From assembly GCA_002796135.1 (NCBI GenBank), contig PCWB01000055.1, positions 22,109 through 86,108 of the forward strand: a DNA stretch of 64,000 nucleotides, in the 5' to 3' direction. Source of the DNA: Candidatus Omnitrophica bacterium CG11_big_fil_rev_8_21_14_0_20_41_12. GTDB lineage: Bacteria; Omnitrophota; Gorgyraeia; Gygaellales; Profunditerraquicolaceae. The notes beneath the pieces are model-generated. The model saw nothing but the letters and a program-made list of their open reading frames with translations, had not been told where the DNA came from and searched no databases. Below are positions 42,339 through 50,919 of the stretch, one piece after another. Within the stretch, counting starts at the first letter, position 1. Each line of letters begins with the position of its first letter. The translations under genes and the position numbers were made by a program.

Positions 42339-42952
42339 TGCTGCGCTACGAAAAAAAACTAAAAAACCGGGGTTTTGATTTAGTCATCGGCGTAGATGAG
42401 GCCGGCCGCGGGCCATTAGCCGGGCCTGTCGTGGCGGCGGCAGTGCTCTTAAGGGATTTTAGTTTTAGTAACCGGGTTGATGATTCGAAAAAATTATCCG
42501 GCATTAGAAGAAAAGAGGCATTTTTGGAGATTAAGCAAAAGTCTCAATACGCCATCGTTTCAGTCAGCCCTAAACAGATCGATACGATCAATATTTTGCA
42601 GGCGACAATAGTCGCCATGCAAAAAGCAGTTTCTAAATTGATCAAGCAGCTGGCGCCTCAAGAGTTAAAACGTGTATTTGTATTGATCGACGGAAATATG
42701 CGCCTTAAGCTGGGTTTGCCTTATCAAAGCATCATTAAGGGGGATGGCAAATCATTAAGTATTGCGTCTGCTTCCATCTTGGCAAAAGTCCGGCGTGATC
42801 AGATTATGGATGCCTACCACAAGACTTATCCGCAATACGGTTTTATCCGGCATAAAGGTTATGCGACACAGATGCATCGGGATAGTTTGAAAAAATACGG
42901 GCCTTCGGTTATTCACAGAAAGAGTTTTTTAAGGTGTCTGGAAAAAACATAG
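42338..42952 (+). CDS. rnhB: Ribonuclease HII
   Basis: [36 protein letters not shown]. Confidence 0.97.
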   Translation: MLRYEKKLKNRGFDLVIGVDEAGRGPLAGPVVAAAVLLRDFSFSNRVDDSKKLSGIRRKEAFLEIKQKSQYAIVSVSPKQIDTINILQATIVAMQKAVSKLIKQLAPQELKRVFVLIDGNMRLKLGLPYQSIIKGDGKSLSIASASILAKVRRDQIMDAYHKTYPQYGFIRHKGYATQMHRDSLKKYGPSVIHRKSFLRCLEKT

Positions 42953-43314
42953 AATTCGGTAAACTTGCCGAAAAAAAAGCAGTAGAGTTTTTAAAGGCAA
43001 ACGGATACAGGATCCGGCAGTGTAATTATAAAACTAAATTCAGTGAAATCGATATCATTGCCGATGACGGTAATACGATTTGTTTTATCGAGGTTAAGGC
43101 CAGGCATTCTCTTAATCTCGGGGGCCCGCTTGATGCGGTTTCCTTCAGAAAACAAAGGCAGATCGCTAAAAGCGCTATTGATTATTTAAAAACTAATAAT
43201 TTTTTAGAGCGCTTAAGCCGTTTTGATGTGCTTACGCTTTTATACACGGATGATCAGCCTGAAATATCTTTAATTAAAAACGCATTTGAACTTAACGCAA
43301 GGTTTACACTTTAA
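42934..43314 (+). CDS. yraN: YraN-family (UPF0102) PD-(D/E)xK nuclease-like protein
   Basis: GKLAE, EIDIIA, FIEVKAR, RFDV; typical position after rnhB. Confidence 0.9.
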   Translation: MSGKNIEFGKLAEKKAVEFLKANGYRIRQCNYKTKFSEIDIIADDGNTICFIEVKARHSLNLGGPLDAVSFRKQRQIAKSAIDYLKTNNFLERLSRFDVLTLLYTDDQPEISLIKNAFELNARFTL

Positions 43315-43318
43315 AACT

Positions 43319-43882
43319 ATGAATTGCAAAACTCAAAGCCTGACTAAATACTTAAACGATTTATCCGCTAAGCTGGCTGTTCCCGGCGGCGGATCTGCAG
43401 CGGCAATGAACGCGGCGATGGGTGCGGCGCTGATCAGTATGGTGATCAATTTTACTTTAGGTAAACCAAAGTATTCTAAAGATGAAGCAGGGCTTAAAGG
43501 AATTTTAAGAAAATCAGAAAAATTAAAAGATGATTTCCTGAATTTAGTTGATTTAGATGTTCTGGCCTATAAGAGCAGGGATAACCGCAAAGCTATGGAT
43601 GTGCCGTTGATGTTGGCAAGGCTTTGCTACGAAGGGATGCAGATACTGGCGCCTTTGGTCAACAAAACAAACTTGAATTTAATCAGTGATACGGTGATTG
43701 CGGCAATATTTTTTGAGTCAGCATTCAGCGCTTCCTGTTTTAATGTCCAGATAAATCTAAAAGCACTTAATGATAAAAAATTAAGTGTTGCCGTAAATAA
43801 AGAATTAAGCCTGAAAGCTAAATCCGTTAAACGGATCAGAGCCAAGATGGAGGCCAAAGTTGGCAAAATTATTAGAGGGTAA
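43319..43882 (+). CDS. Formiminotransferase-cyclodeaminase C-domain / methenyl-THF cyclohydrolase (FchA-like)
   Basis: VPGGGSAAA, ALISMVINFT, NLISD, NVQINL; upstream of folD. Confidence 0.85.
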   Translation: MNCKTQSLTKYLNDLSAKLAVPGGGSAAAMNAAMGAALISMVINFTLGKPKYSKDEAGLKGILRKSEKLKDDFLNLVDLDVLAYKSRDNRKAMDVPLMLARLCYEGMQILAPLVNKTNLNLISDTVIAAIFFESAFSASCFNVQINLKALNDKKLSVAVNKELSLKAKSVKRIRAKMEAKVGKIIRG

Positions 43883-44702
43883 GCTTATCGCTGAAGAAAT
43901 AAAAAAAGAATTAAGTCTTACTGTGCAAACTTTAAAACAGCCTCCGGTTTTGGCCAGCATTTTAGTGGGAGCTGATCCCGGGGCGCTGGCGTATGTAAGG
44001 GGCCAGGAAAAAACTGCACAAAGTATAGGCATAACTTATAAATTGCATCAGTTGCCTGAGAGTATCTCCGAAGACGAATTAATTGATTTTATCCTTGGGC
44101 TTAACGCAGATAAAAATGTTAACGGTATCGTGGTGCAGATGCCGCTTCCTAAACACATAGATTATCGAAAGATCAGCGAGCTTGTTTCTGCAAAAAAAGA
44201 TATTGAAGGCATGCATCCGGCAAACATGGGCAAGGTGCTTTTTGGCCGCGCCAGGATCGCTGCCTGCACGGCAACTGCGGTTATGGAATTATTGAATTCT
44301 ACTGGTGTAGATCTATACGGCAAAGAGGTAGTTGTTGTCGGTCATAGTGAAATTGTAGGAAAACCGCTGGCGTTGTTGCTATTAGAAAAATTCGCCACGG
44401 TTACGGTTTGTCATATTGCTACTAGTAAAACAGACAGGCTAGAGGAGCATGTGCGCAGGGCAGAGGTTTTAATTGTCGCGGTCGGCAAACCCGGATTGAT
44501 CAAAGGTGATTGGATCAAAGACGGGGCAATTGTTATTGATGTGGGTATAAATTGCCGGGGCAATAAGATCGTCGGAGATGTAGAGTTTGCGGAGGCAGAG
44601 AAACGCGCCAGCTTCATCACTCCTGTTCCGGGAGGAGTAGGGCCGCTGACTGTCGCCATTTTAATGCGTAACCTGGTTGAAGCAGCCAAACTTCAGCAAT
44701 AA
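43860..44702 (+). CDS. folD: Methylene-THF dehydrogenase/cyclohydrolase
   Basis: GIVVQMPLP, KDIEG, VGKP, VIDVGIN, TPVPGGVGPLT. Confidence 0.95.
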   Translation: MAKLLEGKLIAEEIKKELSLTVQTLKQPPVLASILVGADPGALAYVRGQEKTAQSIGITYKLHQLPESISEDELIDFILGLNADKNVNGIVVQMPLPKHIDYRKISELVSAKKDIEGMHPANMGKVLFGRARIAACTATAVMELLNSTGVDLYGKEVVVVGHSEIVGKPLALLLLEKFATVTVCHIATSKTDRLEEHVRRAEVLIVAVGKPGLIKGDWIKDGAIVIDVGINCRGNKIVGDVEFAEAEKRASFITPVPGGVGPLTVAILMRNLVEAAKLQQ

Positions 44703-44818
44703 ATAATTGTTAATATTTTGCTTTTGAGGTATTGAATTGGTTTTCACTCGTTGTGGTTGTATATCTTTCAAACAAAATATATATAGTTTAAAGCGGTGTT
44801 TGAAGGGGGGCTTTTGTA

Positions 44819-45196
44819 ATGGACAGTAAAATATTAGGTATTAAAGTAGTAGGTTGGTTGTATAGAATTTTGGGTGTTTTGGGTTTATTGCGCGTAGGGT
44901 CGATGCTGGCCTTAATATTTTCTAATCTTAGGAATAAATTCGAGGCTGTTCCTGTCCCTATAAATCTTTGGATATTCCTTTTATTTGATTTTACCATCAG
45001 TTTATTTCTTATAATTATCGCCAAAGGTTTATTAAGACTAGAAGAAAAATCAAGAAGATATGCTCTCTATCTTGGTTTAGGTGATGTAATTTTAGATCTG
45101 TTATCAAACCAGTTTAGGATAAGTTTCTTCACGCTGATATTTATAGCCATTATTTTTTACATTATTCACCCTAAAATAAGAGCCCAATTTAGATAA
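44819..45196 (+). CDS. Hypothetical small multi-TM membrane protein (AT-rich)
   Basis: ORF with G-rich SD and about 4 hydrophobic helices; C-terminal HPKIRAQF. Confidence 0.6.
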   Translation: MDSKILGIKVVGWLYRILGVLGLLRVGSMLALIFSNLRNKFEAVPVPINLWIFLLFDFTISLFLIIIAKGLLRLEEKSRRYALYLGLGDVILDLLSNQFRISFFTLIFIAIIFYIIHPKIRAQFR

Positions 45197-45211
45197 CTAG
45201 TACAATAGAGA

Positions 45212-46081
45212 ATGACATTTAAAGAAAAAATACAGGCAGGGAAATTTTTAATTACCTCAGAGCTTGGCCCGGATAAAGGGATCCAGACGCAAGGGCTACT
45301 TGATGATGCCGAACTTATCCGCAACAAGGTGGATGCGCTTAATGTTACGGATTTACAGAGCTCGGTAATGCGCCTGGGGTCATTAGCCGTAAGCATTATG
45401 CTTAAACAAAAAGGATTTGAGCCGATCTATCAGCTCACCTGCCGCGACCGTAACCGTCTGGCTTTGCAATCAGATCTACTTTCTGCTGCTGCATTTGGAA
45501 TTGAAAATGTTCTGATTGTAACCGGAGATCATCCTACGCTCGGGGATCACCCGCAGGCAAAACTCGTTTTTGATTTAGATTCCGTTCAATTATTGCAGGT
45601 TGCCGGAAAATTAGCAACCGGACATGATATGAACGGCAACAAATTAACCGGCGCGCCGCCGAGATTTTGCTTAGGGGCGGTGGTTAATCCGGGCTCAGAC
45701 CCTCTGGAGCCGCAAATTATGAAGATGGATAAAAAAGTTTCCGCCGGGGCTGAATTTTTCCAGACCCAGGCAGTTTTTGACCTAAAAACTTTTGAAAATT
45801 TTATTTCAAAAATAAAATATATCAAAATTCCCGTTATCGCCGGCATCGTTTTGCTTAAGTCCGCGGAAATGGCTAACTATATGAATAAAAATGTCCCCGG
45901 AATTTCAGTGCCGGATAATTTAATTAAAGAGATGAATAATAGTAAGGATAAAACAGCCACCTCGGTTCAGATTGCAGCCGGATTGATCAAGGAATTAAAA
46001 CCGCTGTGCCGGGGGATCCATATTATGTCCATCGGCTGGGGAAAAATCGTGCCGCAAGTTTTACAGGCAAGCGGATTATAG
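45212..46081 (+). CDS. metF: Methylenetetrahydrofolate reductase
   Basis: NVTD, QLTCRDRNRLALQSDL, TGDHP, GAEFFQTQ, GIHIM. Confidence 0.93.
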   Translation: MTFKEKIQAGKFLITSELGPDKGIQTQGLLDDAELIRNKVDALNVTDLQSSVMRLGSLAVSIMLKQKGFEPIYQLTCRDRNRLALQSDLLSAAAFGIENVLIVTGDHPTLGDHPQAKLVFDLDSVQLLQVAGKLATGHDMNGNKLTGAPPRFCLGAVVNPGSDPLEPQIMKMDKKVSAGAEFFQTQAVFDLKTFENFISKIKYIKIPVIAGIVLLKSAEMANYMNKNVPGISVPDNLIKEMNNSKDKTATSVQIAAGLIKELKPLCRGIHIMSIGWGKIVPQVLQASGL

Positions 46082-48631
46082 ATGGCAAACCTTTTACCGC
46101 AGATACCCGGAGCCAGGAAAAAAGGAGTGCTTTTATTAAGCTCCGAGGATGATTTTAAGAAATTAGACGAACATTTAATTAATGATACGGTCTGCATTGA
46201 GGGGCCATTTCAGTCAGCTTTAAGGATAGCGAAATTAATTCGGGATAAACATAAGGTTTCCATTAAGCTGGTAAGTATTGGCGAGCCTAACACGCAGCTG
46301 CCTGAAGATATTGAAATAATTAACAGCTCAATCCAGGAGATCGTCGGTGAAGGCAGGGCTGAAGCGGTAAAATTTAAAGACGGGAAAGCCATAGGCGTAT
46401 GTTTAGTTTTATTCATTGATCAAGCAGTTGAATTAAAATCAGAGGAAGAAATGACTAATGTGATTGCAGAGCTTGGAATAAAAGGAACAACTGATGTGCT
46501 GGCCCTTACCCGGCAGGTTTTAGATAAGGCTATAAGTGAAAAAGGCCGGAGCGCAAAAATTGAATTTCACCAGACTAATTATCACTTGCCTTTAATTAAT
46601 GCTCTCTTAAATATTGAAGTAAAGAATCTTGGGGGTTGTTTAGCTGCTTTGCAGCAGGCTCAAGCCCTGGCTGATAATCATCCCGCTTCAACCGGCTTAA
46701 TTATTAACAGCTTAGACGGCCTATTGAATAAGGGTGTTGCTACTTTGATCTGTGAAGAGATTCTGGCGGCTCTGGCGGTATTAAATCAAGAGCATCCTAA
46801 GGAAGGAATAGGTTTTATCCCCGATAATATTTTACGTTCGCTGGGACTGCAATTAGTCGACGGGAGGATTTCCGGTATTGCCGTAATTTTGGGCCCGGCC
46901 ACTGATGAAAAATCAGCCGTAGATTTAATCCGGAGTTTTCAATCTAGAAGTATTGTTAGTTTATTGGCGGGTAACGTTAATGGCAATACTTTCAGGCAGC
47001 AGCTTACCAATCAAGGAATTCAATTAGGCCTGGATAATTATATTGTTCCCTTAGGAGATGATTATCTTTCCGCAATTTATGCGGTGAATTTTGCGGTGCG
47101 CGCGCCCTTAATTTACGGAGGCATTAAACCCGGACAATGGGAAGGGGTAGCCGATTATATCCGCAACCGCGTTCCGGCGTTTGTTTTATTGCTTAGTCAT
47201 GTGGATGAATTGTTAGTGGCGACGGGTTTAGGGGCGCTGGCTTTTGGCTTGCCGATAATTACTGATCTGGAAGTTCCGCAGCTTGGTAAAATCGATACGA
47301 CATTATTTGAAGCTTTAGTTACGGAAAAGAATTATCAGAAAATACCTTCCCGGTGTATTATTACCCGCGGGATTAAGGTTAAGATGGCCGAAGTTGCCGT
47401 TCCGGTGGCTTATGCTGCCGCATTTGAAGGAGAGCGCGTGCGCAGAGAACAGCTGGCGGTTGAGTTCGGAGGAAAAGCCAGCGAGGCGATCGAATTTTTA
47501 TCGACTAAAGAAGAGTCTGAAGTTGAGGATGGCTTAATTGAATTGATCGGCCCAGATATCGACCAGCTGCCTGCAGGTAGTAAATCTTTGCCTTTGGCAA
47601 TCATCATCGATGTTTTCGGCCGCAAGATGCAGAAAGATTTTGAGCCGATCCTTGAGCGCCAGGTCCACCGTTTTGTTAATTATGCGATGGGCCTTATGCA
47701 TATGGGCCAGCGCGATATGGTCTGGATCAGGGTATCTAAGGATGCTTTTGGAAAAGGCCTCAGATTAAAACATTTAGGGACTATCTTACATGCCATGTTG
47801 CATCAGGAGTATAGCGCAATTGTCGATAAAGTGCAGATCAAGCTTTATACCGATCAGGCGGATGTAAAGAAGTTATCCGCAGGTGCTCAAAAAATATTTA
47901 ATGAGCGCGACGAGCGATTGGCCGGGATGAATGATGAGAGTGTGGATACATTTTATTCCTGTTTATTATGTCAATCCTTTGCTTCGAATCATGTTTGTGT
48001 GGTTACTCCTGAACGGCTTGGTTTATGCGGGGCATACTCCTGGCTTGATGCCAAGGCTTCTTTTGAGATCACTCCTACCGGACCGAATCAGCCGATACCT
48101 AAAGGCAATCTCTTGGATCAAAGACTCGGGCAGTGGGATAAGATCAATGAATTTGTGCAGCAAAAATCCAATCAGACAATTGATACGGTAAGTATGTATT
48201 CGTTAATGGACGGGCCGCAATCATCCTGCGGATGTTTTGAATGTATTGTGGCGGTTATCCCTGAAGCCAACGGAGTTATGGTCGTGCATCGCGATTATGT
48301 CGGGATGACTCCTTCGGGAATGAGTTTTACTACTTTAGCCGGTTCCGTCGGAGGAGGGGTGCAGACCCCCGGGTTCCTGGGTGTGGGAAAATTATATATC
48401 TTAAGCAAAAAATTTATTTCCGCCGAAGGCGGATTAAAAAGAGTTGTCTGGATGCCTAAAGAATTAAAAGAGATCTTAGGCGACAGGTTAAAGGCAGCTT
48501 GTACCCAAGCAGGGCAGGCGGATTTATTGGATAAAATCGCCGATGAGTCGATTACTACTAATTCTGAGGAGCTTTTAGTTTTTCTGAATAAAGTATCGCA
48601 TCCGGCTTTGACCATGGATCCAATCATATAA
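46082..48631 (+). CDS. acsB: Acetyl-CoA synthase (ACS, A-cluster subunit) with a ~123-aa N-terminal extension
   Basis: AFEGERVR, FEPILERQVH, FYSCLLCQSF..HVCVVTPERLGLCGA, SCGCFEC, GGGVQTPGF; internal SD + ATG at 46451 matches the usual AcsB start. Confidence 0.92.
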   Translation: MANLLPQIPGARKKGVLLLSSEDDFKKLDEHLINDTVCIEGPFQSALRIAKLIRDKHKVSIKLVSIGEPNTQLPEDIEIINSSIQEIVGEGRAEAVKFKDGKAIGVCLVLFIDQAVELKSEEEMTNVIAELGIKGTTDVLALTRQVLDKAISEKGRSAKIEFHQTNYHLPLINALLNIEVKNLGGCLAALQQAQALADNHPASTGLIINSLDGLLNKGVATLICEEILAALAVLNQEHPKEGIGFIPDNILRSLGLQLVDGRISGIAVILGPATDEKSAVDLIRSFQSRSIVSLLAGNVNGNTFRQQLTNQGIQLGLDNYIVPLGDDYLSAIYAVNFAVRAPLIYGGIKPGQWEGVADYIRNRVPAFVLLLSHVDELLVATGLGALAFGLPIITDLEVPQLGKIDTTLFEALVTEKNYQKIPSRCIITRGIKVKMAEVAVPVAYAAAFEGERVRREQLAVEFGGKASEAIEFLSTKEESEVEDGLIELIGPDIDQLPAGSKSLPLAIIIDVFGRKMQKDFEPILERQVHRFVNYAMGLMHMGQRDMVWIRVSKDAFGKGLRLKHLGTILHAMLHQEYSAIVDKVQIKLYTDQADVKKLSAGAQKIFNERDERLAGMNDESVDTFYSCLLCQSFASNHVCVVTPERLGLCGAYSWLDAKASFEITPTGPNQPIPKGNLLDQRLGQWDKINEFVQQKSNQTIDTVSMYSLMDGPQSSCGCFECIVAVIPEANGVMVVHRDYVGMTPSGMSFTTLAGSVGGGVQTPGFLGVGKLYILSKKFISAEGGLKRVVWMPKELKEILGDRLKAACTQAGQADLLDKIADESITTNSEELLVFLNKVSHPALTMDPII

Positions 48632-48647
48632 TCTGTGCGCATTATTT

Positions 48648-48663
48648 TTTGATTTAATTTTTC
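48648..48663. repeat. Left copy of 16-bp target-site duplication TTTGATTTAATTTTTC
   Basis: Identical to 50083-50098. Confidence 0.9.
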
Positions 48664-50082
48664 TGTAATCCCAATATGATAATGTCGTATTCTGCCAATT
48701 TAAAAATGTCGTATTCCAAGGATGCTATAATGCTCCCTCTGGAAGGAGGACATTATCGCAATGACGCAAGGAGAGTTAAAAAGGCTGCACGTAATCCATA
48801 AAGCGCTGGACAAATTAATAACCCAGGCTGAAGCGGCAGGTATTATCGGGATATGCCTAAGGCAAGCCCAGAGGATAGTAAAAGCAGTAAAGGCCCAAGG
48901 AGATAAGGGTGTAATACATAAATCCCGGGGCCAGGCATCAAACAGGGCCTTGCCGGATAAAATAAAAGATAAGGCATTAAAATTATATCAAGAGAAATAT
49001 CATGATTTTGGCCCTACTCTTGGAGCAGAGAAGCTCTTGGAAATAGATAAGATTAAAATAAATGACGAGACGCTGCGCCTTTGGCTCTTGCAAGCAGGTA
49101 TTTCCTATAAAAAGCGCAAGGCCCGTCCGCACAGGCAATGGCGTGAACGAAAACATTCATTCGGGGAAATGATTCAAATGGATGGCTCTCATCATGACTG
49201 GTTTGAGGGACGCGGCCCTGAATGCGTGCTTATGGGTTATATTGACGATGCCACAGGCAGGCCCTTTGGCAGGTTTTATTCCTACGAAGGAACTCTCCCG
49301 GCAATGGGTGGCCTCAAGCGTTATATTGAAAAGTTCGGAATACCGGTAAGTGTTTATTTAGATAAGCATCCGACGCATAAATCAACCAAGAAGCAGGATA
49401 TAGAAGACGAGCTCAATAATTTAGAGCCTTTAAGCCAATTCGAAAGGGCTAGTGAAGAATTAGGAATCCGGGTTATCCATGCTGATTCTCCTCAGGCTAA
49501 AGGAAGGATAGAGAGGCTCTTTAAGACTTTTCAGAATCGGCTGATAAAAGAGATGCGCTTAAAAGGCATTAAAACAATAGAAGAAGCCAATAAATTATTA
49601 ATGTATTATCTCCCGGCATACGCCAAAAGATTTGCTGTCCAGCCGGCTAATAATACCGACCTTCATCGGCCCGTTACTAAAAGCGTTGATCTTAACGCGG
49701 TCTTCTGCGTAAAAACAATACGGGTGTTAAGGAATGATTTTACCGTAGCTCATAATAGCAAGCTTTACCAGATAGAAAATAATTTAAATGCCAAAAAGGT
49801 AATGGTAGAAGAAAGAGCCAATAGCTCAATACATATTAGCTATAAGAGCATGGATCTTAAGTTCAAAGAGATAACCACTAGGCCAAAGAAGCAGCAGAAG
49901 GAACCGCAATCGCCTAAAATTCCAGACAACGCTCAAAGAACTGCCGCTTGGAGGCGGTTTAGATTACCGGGTTCAATAAAGTTCGAAGCCAGAGAAGAAG
50001 CTTTAGCAGGTGTTCTTTAAAAACAATGAAATACGACATTTCTAATTTGGTAACAATACGACATTTCTAATTTGGCTTGACA
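48664..50082 (+). mobile_element. Complete 1419-bp insertion sequence, IS1202-type (ISNCY)
   Basis: 5'-TGT...ACA-3' ends; each end has two CCAA-N6-AATGTCGTATT subterminal repeats, inverted between the ends; flanked by a 16-bp direct repeat. Confidence 0.92.
48761..50020 (+). CDS. ISNCY/IS1202-type DDE transposase
   Basis: N-terminal HTH; DFGPTL, QMDGSHHDWFE, IDDAT, YLDKH, SPQAKGRIERLF. Confidence 0.93.
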   Translation: MTQGELKRLHVIHKALDKLITQAEAAGIIGICLRQAQRIVKAVKAQGDKGVIHKSRGQASNRALPDKIKDKALKLYQEKYHDFGPTLGAEKLLEIDKIKINDETLRLWLLQAGISYKKRKARPHRQWRERKHSFGEMIQMDGSHHDWFEGRGPECVLMGYIDDATGRPFGRFYSYEGTLPAMGGLKRYIEKFGIPVSVYLDKHPTHKSTKKQDIEDELNNLEPLSQFERASEELGIRVIHADSPQAKGRIERLFKTFQNRLIKEMRLKGIKTIEEANKLLMYYLPAYAKRFAVQPANNTDLHRPVTKSVDLNAVFCVKTIRVLRNDFTVAHNSKLYQIENNLNAKKVMVEERANSSIHISYKSMDLKFKEITTRPKKQQKEPQSPKIPDNAQRTAAWRRFRLPGSIKFEAREEALAGVL

Positions 50083-50098
50083 TTTGATTTAATTTTTC
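50083..50098. repeat. Right copy of 16-bp target-site duplication
   Basis: TTTGATTTAATTTTTC immediately after the terminal ACA. Confidence 0.9.
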
Positions 50099-50127
50099 TT
50101 GACGAGCGCATTATAAATGTATATAAT
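50099..50127 (+). promoter_or_regulatory. Near-consensus sigma70 promoter for the TPR-polA-...-trp gene run
   Basis: TTGACG (50099-104), 17 bp, TATAAT (50122-127). Confidence 0.75.
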
Positions 50128-50137
50128 TAGTAAATAC

Positions 50138-50869
50138 ATGGATAAACCTATCCTGCCTAAATTCCTAATTACTATAGTTTCAATAACTTGCGTTTTATTT
50201 CTGGTGCGGCCGCTTTATGCTGAAAAGGAAAAAGACGGCTTATATTTACAAGGCAGAAGTTACCGTCAGGCAGGTTTAGAGAGCCAGCGTGTCGGTAATT
50301 TAGCCGATGCGATGGCATTGTATCAGAAAGCTATTGCCGTAGACCCCGGCTATGCGGAAGCCTATAATGATTTAGGGATCATTTATGAAGCAATGGGGTC
50401 TGCTGAGAAGGCAGAAGAGTGCTATTTAAAGGCGATTAAAATCGATCCTGCCTATATAAGCGTTTATACAAATTTGGCGCTGCTTTATGAAAGTAAGCGC
50501 GATTTAGAGAAGGCTGCCTATTATTGGAATAAGCGCGTTCAAATCGGCTCGGCGGATGATCCCTGGACGCAAAAAGCAGCCGACCGGCTTAAAGATATCC
50601 GTATAGTTTTGTCCAAGCATCCGATCGCGGATTTACGCGAGGGAGATGTGCTTAGCCTGATGCAGGATGTTTCCGCAGATAAAACTTCGTTGACCAAAGA
50701 TGACCTGAGTGCTTCCGCCAGCCATTTTAAAAAAGCCAAAGAATGTTTTAAAAAGGGGGATCTGGCGACAGCCATCAAAGAAGCCCTGGATGCCCAATAT
50801 TTAGACCCAAAAAACAAAGAGATCGAAGCCTTTATTGAGAAGACGGAATTGAGAGCACTGTCGCGATAG
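50138..50869 (+). CDS. Secreted tetratricopeptide-repeat protein
   Basis: Signal peptide; AMALYQKAIAVDP, AYNDLGIIYE, YTNLALLYE TPRs; the upstream ATG 50117 lies inside the promoter. Confidence 0.85.
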   Translation: MDKPILPKFLITIVSITCVLFLVRPLYAEKEKDGLYLQGRSYRQAGLESQRVGNLADAMALYQKAIAVDPGYAEAYNDLGIIYEAMGSAEKAEECYLKAIKIDPAYISVYTNLALLYESKRDLEKAAYYWNKRVQIGSADDPWTQKAADRLKDIRIVLSKHPIADLREGDVLSLMQDVSADKTSLTKDDLSASASHFKKAKECFKKGDLATAIKEALDAQYLDPKNKEIEAFIEKTELRALSR

Positions 50870-50919
50870 AAGCGTACCGCAAAACATCTTTCCTTATATT
50901 GAATTCCTAATTTTTATTA

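Noticed and set aside
50030-50075. Tandem ~21-bp repeat AATACGACATTTCTAATTTGG as a possible mini-CRISPR or iteron
   Set aside because: Only two copies, 4 bp apart, and mirrored at the left end of the IS; these are transposase-binding subterminal repeats
50077-50105. Outward-facing TTGACA at the IS right end as a hybrid promoter
   Set aside because: No -10 hexamer 16-18 bp downstream; the native TTGACG/TATAAT promoter explains the region
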